DNA from: Octopus vulgaris
Taxonomy: Eukaryota
Assembly: GCA_951406725.2 (NCBI GenBank)
Contig: OX597815.1
Coordinates: forward strand, 37,572,001 to 37,636,000
Length of the DNA: 64,000 nucleotides
Direction of reading: 5' to 3'
The translations under genes and the position numbers were made by a program. The notes under the pieces were generated by a model. It saw nothing but the letters and a program-made list of their open reading frames with translations. It ran no database searches and was not told where the DNA came from. Shown in pieces: positions 26,396-38,982 of this stretch. Each line of letters begins with the position of its first letter. The stretch's first letter is position 1.

Positions 26396-27482
26396 TAAAA
26401 GGAATTCCAACCTTGTCTGATTTTCACGTTTTATTTACAATCTTATAATGATATAATATAATATAATATAATATAATATAATAAAATAAAATAAAATAAA
26501 ATAAAATAATAGAGTGTTAAATGTTCATTCTGATTGAACTAGTACTTTCATGCATTAAATTCTGCAATCTTCAGGTTCATGTAGTAGTGGTGACAGTCAT
26601 GCTTCACAAGTTTTGACTGTAGCAAGATAATTAAATATGTGCCTTAAATACAGCTGTGTAGGCTCCAGATTGCTAGGTTTTGCAAACTGCATTCTGACCA
26701 ATCAGTGTGTAGTATCACTCAACTACTTAAGCTGATTGGTTGGTTGAGCTGATTGGTTGGTTGAGCTGATTGGTTTAGGCGTCACGGTTTGTTGAACATG
26801 TCAAGAGTCCTGTATCTTAACCCTGGTCGAGGCAGCAATTGTTGGGCTATTTTTAGAAATGTTGTAAATAGCCTTTGTCAGGGATTTTTATATTTCAATT
26901 GTCATCATCATCATTGTCAGCACCTTAATTATTGTTGCTAGTGGTGATAGTGGTGGCAATAGAACTTTTAACCCTAAATAAGATAATTTTCCTGCTATCT
27001 TCATCTTGAGCACCTTTAGTATTGTTGTTGTTGTTAGTGGTCATGGTCGTAGCAGTAGAAGTAGTACCTCTAAGTATTATTATTATTGCTTATTTAGCTT
27101 GGGTTCGAATTTATCAATAAAATTATTTTCTCTGATTTTCCTCTCGATTTCACTTGGGCTGTGTAATTTGTAGAATGGAAATATTATATATATTTTCCGA
27201 CCACATGTTGCTAGGTGGTTACTCAAAGGTATCTGACGGACCTCTGGGTCTCTAATCTGTTGTCGGTGTACACGTGAGCGTTCTGATAGTGCATTTCCCG
27301 TCTGACCTACATATATTTCTGCTTTTGCAGTTCATATTCGCGTTTGTGAATATTTTCCCGGTTTTTGTGTTTATATATTGGCTAGTATGTATGAATTGGC
27401 ATGTGCCACATCGGCTATCATTGCATTTAGATACAGTGAATGTTTGGTCTTTGTTGCTAAGGTCAAATCCGGAGGTGAACAC
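26392..27482 (-). mobile_element. 5'-truncated Penelope-like element (Neptune-like): GIY-YIG remnant plus 3'UTR
   Basis: KCNDSRCGTC...MNCKSRN, then after a deletion/frameshift YVGQTGNALSERSRVHRQQI...NHL...RENNFIDKFEPKLNKQ* (stop at 27083). The outer boundary is approximate. Confidence 0.8.
26535..26579 (-). ncRNA. Minimal type I hammerhead ribozyme in the PLE 3' region
   Basis: tgaac-CTGAAGA-t tgca gaatttaa tgca t-GAAA-gtac-TA-gttca. Palindromic helix III. Confidence 0.82.
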
Positions 27483-27490
27483 TATTCAAA

Positions 27491-28140
27491 TTTATAACTA
27501 ATGTAGGATAAAATTTTTTTCGGGAAAAAATTTCATCAATGGCCAGCATATCAAAAAATACCTTTAAAGGTTAAATTTATAAATAATTTACAATATAAGG
27601 GCAAAAGAAAAATTCAAATGCCAAATATGCCGAAAAAAAGACAAAAATTGTGAATTAACCATTAAGATTTTTTCGGCATATTTGGCATTTGAATTCTATC
27701 ACTCTGTGAAAGTTTCTAGTTCGAATCACACGTGTCTCGAGACGTGCCGAAATTTTTTATTTTGGATATATTTGGGGTACTTGGGTCTGCTCAGGTCTTG
27801 GTGTTTGCTTTTTCCATGGGTATGAGTAAGTATTTCACTTATATCTCGCGTATTTGCTGCTGAAGAGGAGAAAACGTCTTATGAATTAACTCCGAAATTG
27901 GTCCAATACGGTAATAACGAATTTTTTAGAAATTTCTATCGGTTTGTTTCGAGACGCATAAATTATAATGGTTAATTGACAATTTTTGTCTTTTTTTCGG
28001 CATATTTGGCATTTGAATTTTTCTTTTGCCCTTATATTGTACATTATTTATAAATTTAACCTTTAAAGGTATTTTTTGATATGCTGGCCATTGATGAAAT
28101 TTTTTTCCCGAAAAAAATTTTATCCTACATTAGTTATAAA
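27491..28140. repeat. ~173-bp inverted repeats (27491-27663 and 27966-28140) around a ~300-bp spacer
   Basis: Near-perfect reverse complements beginning TTTATAACTAATGTAGGATAAAA. Confidence 0.9.
27856..27912 (+). ncRNA. Type I hammerhead ribozyme inside the inverted-repeat cassette
   Basis: gctg-CTGAAGA-ggag..ctcc-GAAA-ttgg t ccaa-TA-cggt. Helix I extends (cgtatt/aataacg). Confidence 0.8.
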
Positions 28141-29105
28141 CTTAAACTTAGATAAACTTAGATATGTTTCGACCAAAGATTGGTCCAGGCCATGTCTAAC
28201 TTAATAGCACCACCTGATAAGATTATTTGAATCCTGTTTAAGTCAAGTTTTGTTTGTGGTCCATTCAAGTAGTGAGTTTTTGTTGGGTGAGTTGTATCCA
28301 ATTATGGGTGGCTTATCTGGTATTCCTTGAAGGAATCTATCCAGACTCCGTTTAAAGTTTTGATCTCTTTCGGGACAATGTTAAATAGGGCAGGGCCTGT
28401 TGAGGAAAAGAAATTATGTTGCAGTGTACATGTATGCTGTGATCTTGAATTGGGCAGGGGACGTATGGCCCGTGGTCCCAGTCTTGGATGAACCTTGAAG
28501 CTAATGTTCAGGTCGTTTGGGCAAAGTTGGCGGTATATTCTTCAAATCGTACAAATGATGTACCGCTCACGGCGACGCTGGAGAGAGTAGAGTTTCAAGG
28601 CTTTAAGGCGATCCCAATAATCGAGAGCAGCCATGCCTTCAATTCGTCTAGTGAGTGCCCTCTGGGGTGATTCAATCCTCAAGATGTTTTGTCTTGTATG
28701 GGGAGACCACAGTGGGCAGCAGTATTCGAGGTGTGGCCGTACAAATGAGGAGAAAAGTGGTATGATGACACCTTGTTCTCTGGACCGGAAAGTTCTTAAG
28801 ATCCAGGAACTCATCCTACGAGCTATGGCGACCTTATTGCTGATGTATGCACTCCAACTGAGATCGTCATCAACAATTACACCCAGGTCTCTGATATTGT
28901 TAGAGGCTGTGAATGGTTCCCCTGAAGGAAGAGAGTATGGCTGTTTTAGTGAGGAATTTCTTCCAAAATGCATCAGCTCAAATTTTCCCTCGTTCAGTTG
29001 CATTTTGTTTCTGTCTGCCCATTGACTCACAGCATATAGATCAGACTGGAGTTGAGTTCGGTCTGCTTCTTCATTGACGATTTTCTGGATCTTAGTGTCA
29101 TACAT
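28141..29105 (-). pseudogene. 5'-truncated CR1/L2-group LINE
   Basis: DTKI..LQSDL, IRDLGV, RPHLEYC and RRRERY motifs. Premature TGA at 28542. Tail (TCTAAGTTTA)n. Confidence 0.88.
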
Positions 29106-29274
29106 ACAAAATTTAGAGGAATTACCACTAATAGTGGACAGCCTGTATGCTAGAAATAGACGTCAAACTCGCCATTTACCACGAAGAATGTGTTCTCAAG
29201 AAAAAATTCAGCAAAAAACCAAAGTTTAAAAATAAGCAGGACAAATGAAAATAAACGAAATAAAAAACGATTAT

Positions 29275-29329
<55 letters not shown>

Positions 29330-29338
29330 TTATATACA

Positions 29339-30572
29339 TATCAGGTCATCCCATAAGTAATGTCCGTATTTTGGGTAAGGAAAAACGTGATCGAAATTTA
29401 TATTTTATTAAAATCCTGTATATAATTCCCATCATTATCGATGACTTCCTTCCGTCTACGCATCAGTTATTTGATTCTATTAGTGAAAAACTCTTTCGGT
29501 TTTGAAGACAAAAATAAGAGAGATCAGTTCCGACCTCCTCGTGGATCTTAATAAGTAAGCTTTGAAACAGATGGTAATCAGGAGCGAGGTCCAGAGCATA
29601 AAGCGGGTGATATATTTTTCTCAACCAAGTTCTTAGATGTAATCTGTGCAGTGTGGTATCTTTGCATTACCATGATGAAACACAAACCCTTTGTTTCTTC
29701 AAACAGCATCCAAAGGCTCTGATTGTTGGCAAAAAGTGTGAGCAGTAATTGTTGCATTAGCTGATAAAAGCTCAACGTGAATGATTCCAATGCAATCCCA
29801 CCAAATAGAAGGAAAAGCCGTTTTTGCATAGAGGTCATTTTTGGGTTGCGGTTTAGCCTGTTCTCCACAACTAAGCTATTGACTACGTCTCTTAACATTT
29901 TCATTAAAAATCTACTTTTCATCACCAGTCACTAATCTGCTCCAAGATGGTGGGACACGTTTACGAGAATGAAGAGGTGAGCAGATGTCCACTCGTGATT
30001 TTCGGTTGGCTCCTGTTAAATCATGAGGAACACATTTTCCGAGTTTGGACACCTTTCCAGGCTGCTGAACGTGGCGGTGAACAGCTGCATGATATTATTT
30101 GAGCTTGCTATGCAACTCTTCAACTCATACAGCATTATACTCCTATACTCCACATACTCTGGACGAAAGAAGCTCATCATCAAATTCAACATGACATCGC
30201 ATTCGTTGCTTCTCTCTCTCTCTCTCTCTTATGCTGACATCACCATTTTGCAAACCATTTTCTCCAAACCAAACTTTGCAAATCATCTTCTGCAACTTCT
30301 TTCGTTCAAGCACTCTTCCCCATAAACAGAATGGATATTTCGGGTTGCTAATGAATTCATAAAGCACTATGTACCTTAAATGCACGTTCGATACATCCAT
30401 CTTTGAGTGATTCATAATGATAATTAATTCAGTCTGATTATTTTGTAAAAAGAAATTAAATATATTGTTAAAAGTTTCCAAATTCGTATGAGTATCAATC
30501 AATAGCACTAGACATTTTAGAACATTGTGAAATTTGTTAGGAATTACATGTATGGTATTTCAGACCTGAGTA
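29339..30572 (-). pseudogene. Degenerate mariner transposon
   Basis: TGDEK*I and PLYALDLAPDYHLFQS remnants on the minus strand. TIR-like TATCAGGTCATCCCATAAGTAATG, with a poor match at the other end. Confidence 0.75.
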
Positions 30573-31030
30573 TGTATAAATATATATATATATATATAGT
30601 GGGATACTTCACCCCCCCAAAAAAAGACGAAGACAGGTAGTGTAGACAACAAATACATGTATTAGTTTAACTCTTGGGAAGTGAAAAAAAGAAAATAAAG
30701 AATGTGCAGTGGCTAGCGATCTATCATGGCGAAGGCCGGACAGAGGGGTCACACAGGAGAGCTAGGAAGAGAGGGAGTGTTTTGAGTATATGCTGTCCGG
30801 GAATTTCTTCTTATAGTAGAAGAAATAGCTAAGTTCTTTGGCTGCTATTTCTAAAGTTCGGTATGTTGGTGAAGCAAATTTTTTTGCTGAACCCTATTTA
30901 TAATTATACCCATAATTATAAAAAATATTGTTTAAGTTTACCGAAAATGGTCCTTTGAACATGCCGAATACTACTTGGTAGAATTATTAATTATTAATTA
31001 ATTAATTAATTTTACCCTTTATTATTATTG

Positions 31031-31087
<57 letters not shown>

Positions 31088-31213
31088 CACACACTCACTC
31101 TCTCTCACACACACACACACGCGTTAAGTTGAAATATATTGTGATGCATAAAATTATATATTTTCTAACCATTTTGGCCTGATCTATTTGCAAGCACGTG
31201 CGACAAATGTTTA

Positions 31214-31258
<45 letters not shown>

Positions 31259-31989
31259 ATATGTATATATATATGTATATATATGTGTGTGTGTGTGTGT
31301 GTCTGTGTGTGTGTGTGTATGTATGTATGTATGCACATATAACGACATATATATTCCCACGAAAGTTAATCCGTATGTATGATATAGAGGTTATCATTAA
31401 ACCTCACAAGGCACAAACTAATTTGTCTGCTAGAGCATTTATTAGTCAATGATTCTCCGCAAATATGACAAGTAATTAGATATTCGTTGATTACTTGAGG
31501 TATGACCGATGTATCGGGAAATAAATTAAGAGAAAGATGAATCACGAATATGCCATATTTAGAAAATGCATGAATATTTACCTTACACATAAACACATAC
31601 GCACGCGAACAAGTACGCTTTTGTTTGTGGCAATCCCAGGAAAGGGAAGAATGTTTCTGCTATGTAACCAAATAGAATCGGTGTTTGTAGATCAGCGAAT
31701 TTATTTCATTATATCTAGTAATGATGCCCTCTATCTCATACATACGGATAAACTTTAGTGGGAATGTATATGTCGTTTTATGTGAGTGTTTATTGTCTTG
31801 TAAATCATCGAATTTATTTCACTTGATATTATATAAGTTTTCAACAGCTATTTAGCACTGACAGCTAGCAAAGCCAGCTTACTCCAGACATTTGATGGGC
31901 AACTACCCTGATACTAGTCTCTGGTTGCTCCCCAGTTTGAAACTTACTGACACAGAACGCTTGTGTCACGTAAGTAACAAGAATGTGTT

Positions 31990-32377
31990 CTTTCTTTGCA
32001 CTCTGTCGGTTACGACGACGAGGGTTCCGGTTGATCCGAATCAACGGAACAGCCTGCTCGTGAAATTAACGTGTAAGTGGCTGAGCACTCCACAGACACG
32101 TGTACCCTTAACGTAGTTCTCGGGGATATTCAGCGTGACACAGAGAGTGACAAGGCCGGCCCTTTGAAATACAGGTACAACAGAAACAGGAAGTAAGAGT
32201 GAGAGAAAGTTGTGGTGAAAGAGTACAGCAGGGATCACCACCATCCCTGCCGGAGCCTCGTGGAGCTTTAGGTGTTTTCGCTCAATAAACACTCACAACG
32301 CACGGTCTGGGGATCGAAACCGCGATCCTACGACCGTTAGTCCGCTGCCCTAACCACTAGGCCATTGCGCCTCCATG
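31990..32377 (-). mobile_element. Full-length family A SINE with 13-bp TSD
   Basis: Head at 32374. acaagaatgtgtt occurs at 31977-31989 and 32378-32390. Confidence 0.9.
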
Positions 32378-32560
32378 ACAAGAATGTGTTACATTGGGCT
32401 AAATAGCAGTTTACTGGGACTGTCACAACAAGCTGGTAACAAACCATTATTTTATATATATAGTAAATGCAAAAGAACGAAGAAACACAAAAGATTCAAC
32501 AATGCGAGGACGTGGTACATGTAAAATATTAGTAGACGCTCAGGGAAGGAAAGAAAGGTG

Positions 32561-32595
32561 GTTTAACGTTTCGAGCAAAGCTCTTCTTCAGAAAC
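32561..32595 (-). ncRNA. Ultra-minimal hammerhead motif (dimer type)
   Basis: gttt-CTGAAGA-a-gagc ttt gctc-GAAA-cg-TT-aaac. Palindromic AACGTT. Confidence 0.68.
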
Positions 32596-32686
32596 AAAGG
32601 AAAGTCCTATAGAAAAGGCAGACCGAGCAAAAAATCGCCAACGATTCACATGTAGTTACATTTTGAAATATATATATATACGCATA

Positions 32687-32770
<84 letters not shown>

Positions 32771-32814
32771 TGAATGTATTTTTCCCTTGTTAACAATTAA
32801 CACTTAAACTTCAT

Positions 32815-32858
<44 letters not shown>

Positions 32859-35000
32859 AAAATTCACGAAAAATACAAAAGACGAAGAGAACAAAAGAAA
32901 AAACATATATATATACATATATATATACGTACACACTCACGCATATATAAATATATGTACATATACATACACACACACATATATATATATACACACATAC
33001 ACACGAACACATACGCGAACACATATATATTCATGCACACACACATATATACACATACATAAATTTCCTGTTCATTCCCGTAGTGATACATTCCAGAACA
33101 CAAATGAAATTTATTTCATTCTACTCCTTGTTTCGGAGTACTTATTTTAAAACTTGCTACTTATTCTAGAGTGTCCGTTGCTGATGCCCTAAGTTACGGG
33201 AACGTAAACAAGTCAACTGATAGCAGCGGGACAAACACTGACACATACACATGCAATATGCATACACACACACACTACCTCTCTCTCTCTCACACACACA
33301 TATAATTGACTTCCATACATGCATTGTTCGGCCCTGGGTTATAGTAGAATACCTTCACTCAAGGTGTCATTTTGTGTGACCGAACCCGAAACCACGTTGT
33401 TGGAAAGCAAACGTCTTTACTACACAGCCATTTTTAGAGAATGAATGTATCTGAATTGCTAATACTTTGTATTATATTTCCATTATTTGTAATCTTAGTT
33501 ACTTTTGTTTCTGAAAATATTTTCTTTAGAACAAAACGCTTTGCCGTCGAACCAGTTAAGAATCAAAGAAACTTGAAATTACAAGAGAGATGCTTAGCTT
33601 CATGAATGCAATGTACTAATAATTCTTTTCGTTATTTAAACTGTTATTGCTTTCAAGCAAAGTTATTATTTCCTGTTTCATACAAAAATCCCACTGTTTA
33701 GTTTTAAAATTAAAACTGCAGTTCCTGTAGTTCTCTGCGTTGTCTACATTCGAACAAGTAATTTCGAATTCATGAGATGTTGCCTCGAGTAAGAGTAATT
33801 TAAAATATAACAAAGCTGCACCACTTTCTTTACTAGGACAGACAAACGGATGCTTTATGCACTCAAAATCAATTCTTAAGTATTATTTCTATTATTCCAA
33901 CATGTACTTTTTTGCTTTACAATGTTGATTGTCTGAACGTTATTGCTATATACTATGGACGGTGCCAACTACTTATCAATTGCCATATGAGTTAAAAGTT
34001 CCGAAGGTCATGTGAATATTTGAATACTATCTGTACCAAAAGTTAAAGTTGCATTACACCAGTGAATGTGTCTTGTGACAGTAATGCTCTCCGTGCATTC
34101 GTGACAGTACAGTCGATATAACCATACACACATAGTGTATGTATGTGTATGTGCAGTGTATAATATATTATAAAGTATTAGTCAACAGGTCAGAAGTTAA
34201 GACTGCGGAAATATAGTGAATGTATTTATGTGGTGATATGAACATGTTGATAGAATAGCTAAAAGTAAAGAAATGACTCAACGGTTTGTATATATGGCAG
34301 TCTATATATATGAGTGTGACAATTTAATTGATTAACTGTTTCAAAAACACTAGTAACAGAAACAAAAATGGATAGTTCAAACTGGAAAGCACACGAAATC
34401 AATTAATCATCCTTTGTTATAACATTAAAAACGACACAAACATTGAAACCGAAATTCACTCAAAGCCGACATAATATGCAACATTTCCAATTTCTTTTTC
34501 ACCTCCTGAAACATACTAAAACAGATTTACAGTTCAATCTAGTACGACAGATATATTCTGTAGCTTCGAATTTTGAAACTGAAGACAAAAAGCCTCCAAG
34601 AATTTAAACAAATACTACTTGAAAGGCAGTGCTCGATATAATTTACTGATAATGGAAAAGACTTTACCAAAGTAAAAGTTATTCAAAGATAATATATTCG
34701 ATTCAAATACCTCACATACTCAACATACCACTCAAAAAATACAGCTTCTACAGTATCGTCAATAAAAGCACTCCATTATTGAAACAAGATCCAGGAATTG
34801 TATGAAATGTTCTCAGAAAAAAAAATCCGAATAAAATCATCAGCGCTAAATTACCCAATGCATTCACATGGGAAATAGTAGAAAATTGTGTTTAGCAGAA
34901 AAGAAGAACCTGCATCAACCTTATTGAAGGTACATCCTATGAATTAGGAGATATTTTTAGTTTGAAAACACTAATGTAACTCTTCGTGAAAAGAAAAAGA

Positions 35001-35420
35001 GGATCTTTTCGGTTTGAACGGCAGTTTTTTCTAGCGGTGTCATAGGAAATTGTCACCCATAATTATGACCCTAGAATCGATCTATTGCATTTCAATCTCT
35101 TTTAGGGTTAAGGTTCGGGTTAGGGGTGGGGGAAGGGTATCTTTTTTTCTTCACAAATGTAAATTAACGCAATCTGTTTCTTAAACGAGGGACATATTTA
35201 TACGGCACAGAATGCTTTTTAACTCAATAGACGACACTGATTGGTTGAAATTGCAGAAATTGAAGAAAAAAAAACAAATGTCTTACAAACTATAGAATTT
35301 TCTCAATAAATCCAAGAGAAAAAGATGTTTTATAAACACATTCTACCAGTATACGAAGTTTAAAATTTTTTAGTTACCTAGAAATTATGTTAAAAATTGC
35401 CGTTCAAACCGAAAAGATCC
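35001..35420. mobile_element. 420-bp MITE with 23-bp perfect TIRs and 8-bp TSD
   Basis: GGATCTTTTCGGTTTGAACGGCA at both ends, inverted. gaaaaaga occurs at 34993-35000 and 35421-35428. Confidence 0.92.
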
Positions 35421-35708
35421 GAAAAAGAAGTTATTTATTCTATTAAAAACATAATGGTTGTGATGAAGATTTCAAATCGGGACTTACCGTAACTCAGTAT
35501 TCATAAGCAAGAGATATGAGATCCTGATGCTGAAAAGATTTTGCTAAGTGAACATTTAAGTTTTTCTGCCACAAACAAATCACCAAAGTTTCTTGTCTTC
35601 TCTTTTTAACTTTGATAAAACCACAGAGAAAATACGTTTATTAAAACACTTTCCCCAAGCTGCCGTTGTGGCAACAATTTGAAATAACAATAATAATAAT
35701 TATTATTA

Positions 35709-35910
35709 GGGCGACGAGCTGGCAGAATCTTTAGCACGCTGGACGAAATGGTTAGCGGTATTTCGCCCGTCGCGTTCTGAGTTCAAATTCTGCCAAGATC
35801 CACTTTGCTTTTCATCATTTCCTGGCCGATAAATTACGTACCAGTGAAACACTGGGGTCGATGTAATCGACTAGTCTCCTCCCGCAAATTTCAGGTGCCT
35901 TTAGAGGCTG
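35709..35910 (+). mobile_element. SINE family D
   Basis: GGCGACGAGCTGGCAGAA head, GAGTTCAAATTC box and CTGGGGTCGATGTAATCGACT. Confidence 0.8.
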
Positions 35911-35912
35911 GG

Positions 35913-35950
<38 letters not shown>

Positions 35951-36059
35951 AAAACAGCCATTAAGGACAACCGTATGTTACACGTTAAATTTCTTTCCAT
36001 TCTTATTGGCTATCACTTAGGCTTTCGTAATAGCAAACCTAATGGACATTGGAATATTG

Positions 36060-36900
36060 TATGTCGCTCACCAACACTCCCCGACTCTCAAGAAATTTGG
36101 CGACAGTGATAATAGTTGCATTAACATCAGCAAAGCTTTCGATCACTACGGGTACGGTAAACTCTTGTCTAAAATTGCCAGGCTATGAACTCCATTTGCC
36201 TCTCGTTGCTTGAGCCACTGGCATCCCATGAACTTTCTCTATCACAGATCTCCTTGGTGGTATTATCGTATTCTGTCAACTTTGGAGTGACACAGACACC
36301 AAAACTCTTCCAAGCATCGTTTCTCTTATATATCTACGATCTCATTTGCCGTCTCCGTTTTACACAACGTAGTGCTATGCAAATACTAGCATGCTTTACA
36401 CCTTTCTAACCCTCCCTGCAACCAAACACAACATAACATACATACAACCTTGTATATCCGAAATGTCTCCTTGAAAGTACAAAAGACAAAAAAAAAAAAA
36501 AAACGAAACGAGTCAAAAACTTCTTAATAATCTAAATGATGTTATGTAAAGCTTGTTTTCTTCAAAAGAAATCGAATCAATTGATGCGCATACAAAAGAA
36601 AAACGTAAATAGAAGGCAAATGGAACATACACAATAGATCCATATGATAGACCCGTACGTAGTAACTGAAGATCTCTTCTGATGAAATTAGATCACCATG
36701 GTAGCATGTTAGAGACCGAATATATAACACCGCTCCCAGCATCGACTTTTGAACTTCAACAAAGCTCTGCAAAGACCCACTGAAGAGTATTTATTTCAGA
36801 ATCTAGGACATGTTGCAATAAAGCACAAAATCTCCAAAGCCATATCAAAGTACACTCGATTTATTGGCGTGAATTTTCTTACAAACACACTGCTATTACA
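36060..36900 (+). pseudogene. Highly decayed LINE RT remnant
   Basis: Near 36110, IVALNISKAFD-like codons (ataatagttgcattaacatcagcaaagctttcgat) and FLLYIYDL. Otherwise disrupted. Confidence 0.45.
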
Positions 36901-37088
36901 AACATGATGTCTCCTACTTTTGTACTTCTATTGCAACTCAATTAGTACCCCTCTTCCTCGGAGCTCGCTGGCTTTCCCCGACTTAAAAATATACCTGATT
37001 ATTCTAAACACCCATAATATATACATGAACGTGTATGTTTGAGTATGCGCCCGAACACATTTGTGTGTGTGTGAATGTTTGTATGTGC

Positions 37089-37125
<37 letters not shown>

Positions 37126-37764
37126 TGTTTGTGTGTGCGTGCGCGTACCCTTCTTTGTAGATGCTTATGTATCAATTATGTATTCGAAATATATCTCGAT
37201 ATGATATATATAACATTTACAAAATCCTGTCAGATGCACATTTCAAATAGAGATCATATTCCCTCTCTCTCTCTCTCTGCTTGTCTCTCTAGGTCTCCCT
37301 CTGTGTTTTTCACTCTCTCTATCTGTCTCTCTATCTATCTATCTCTATGTTTCTATTTAAACACGCGTGTGTGTATATATCTGTCTGTCTGAGAGCCTGA
37401 GTCTATAAGTGCACATTTATGTATGTACGTATGTACAAATATATGAATTTCCTTTCACCTGCCAATTTGCTTCTAAAATGTTTTATGAGCATAAATATAC
37501 TCGATTCGTTTCAATTTCAAGTTGCCATTATTTATTTAGTGAACCTATGCATTAGTCTGTCATCCACAATAATTCCATTCACAATCTCCCAGTTTCAGAT
37601 TATCTTGTTATTTTTTGTATATATATTTCTTTCAATGTATATATATTTTGTATATATATTTCTTTCAATGTATATATATTGTATATATATTTCTTTCTAC
37701 TGTACTTACTGCATACGTTGTATAGCGAAGGAAACGATATATTATAGAAAAGCATCGATATACA

Positions 37765-38160
37765 ATATTCTTTTCTACATTAGGCACAAGGCCCGAAATT
37801 TTGGAGGAGTTGGCCAGTCGTTTGGATCGACCCTAGTACGCAACTTGTACTTAATTTATTGACCCCGAAAGGATGAAAGGCAAAGTCGACCTCGGCGGAA
37901 TTTGAACTCAGAACGTAACGGCATACGGAATACCTATTTTTTTACTACCCACAAGGGGCTAAACACAGAGGGGACAAACAAGGACAGACATAGGTATTAA
38001 GTCGATTACATCGACCCCAGAGCGTAACTGGTACTTAATTTATCGACCCCGAAAGGATGAAAGTGGACCTCGGCGGAATTTGAACTCACAACGTAACGAC
38101 AGACGAAATACCGCTAAGCATTTCGCCCGGCGTGCTAACGTTTCTGCCAGAACGCCGCCT
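37765..38160 (-). mobile_element. Dimeric family D SINE with 11-bp TSD
   Basis: Two tandem GACCTCGGCGGAATTTGAACTC segments. atcgatataca occurs at 37754 and 38162. Confidence 0.82.
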
Positions 38161-38982
38161 TATCGATATACATATCATAGCTTTAATCATTAATCCACTC
38201 CACTTTTCCCACTAAATACCATAGAAAGACCATTAATACTGAGACCTTTTTCACCTGTCACTATTAATCAATCAAGCAATCAATTAACCAACTACTCAAT
38301 AGAGGCATATATAGTAGGTTAATCTAATCTCTTATACTCACGAGCAACAAAAAGAAGCATGGGGACAAATAATATCAAAGTGATATTCAGATTGACTGTA
38401 TGTTGAAAGTTCGTTATAATTATATTTATGTATTGCATTTATTTGTTTGTTTTCAACAACCCCGAAGATTTATGATAGCCTTTTGACTTCCAGCTAACTG
38501 TCTTCGTGGAACCCATGAAGTTTACAATATAGTAGCTAAAATTTATAGAAACAGCGGCCGCATTGACTTGAGCTGATATCATAGACTCTACTGCATAGAA
38601 TATTAAAGAAAGCCAACAAATTATATGGCTTGCATAATGAAGTTTTTGATAAAAATGTACCTGGGTAAGTCTAACAATTAGGGATAGAACCCCTTTGTGC
38701 TTACATCCATGTGTGTGTGTTTGTGTGTGTATGTGTGTGTACATGTGTGTATGTGTGTGTGAAGGCTCGTATTTGTGTTCAATAATTTTATTGCCAATAA
38801 CATAGCTATATCGAATCCAAATTTTATTCAGATTGTCCGAGTGTGCGTATTCACTGGGGTATTTTCTAGGTGATAGAATATCACCATTCTGATAACGAAA
38901 TATCAGAATAAGTTTGATATGGAATATTTGCCTTCATACTTCTAGTGAATTCTTACCTCAGTTCATCTTCACAGTTTATGTA

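Noticed and set aside
28542-28544. In-frame TGA as selenocysteine or readthrough
   Set aside because: It aligns with the Trp of IYIWKI in the related LINE, so a TGG to TGA mutation in a truncated copy is the simpler reading.
34368-35560. Possible decayed ORF interrupted by the MITE
   Set aside because: Many stops and no identifiable domain.
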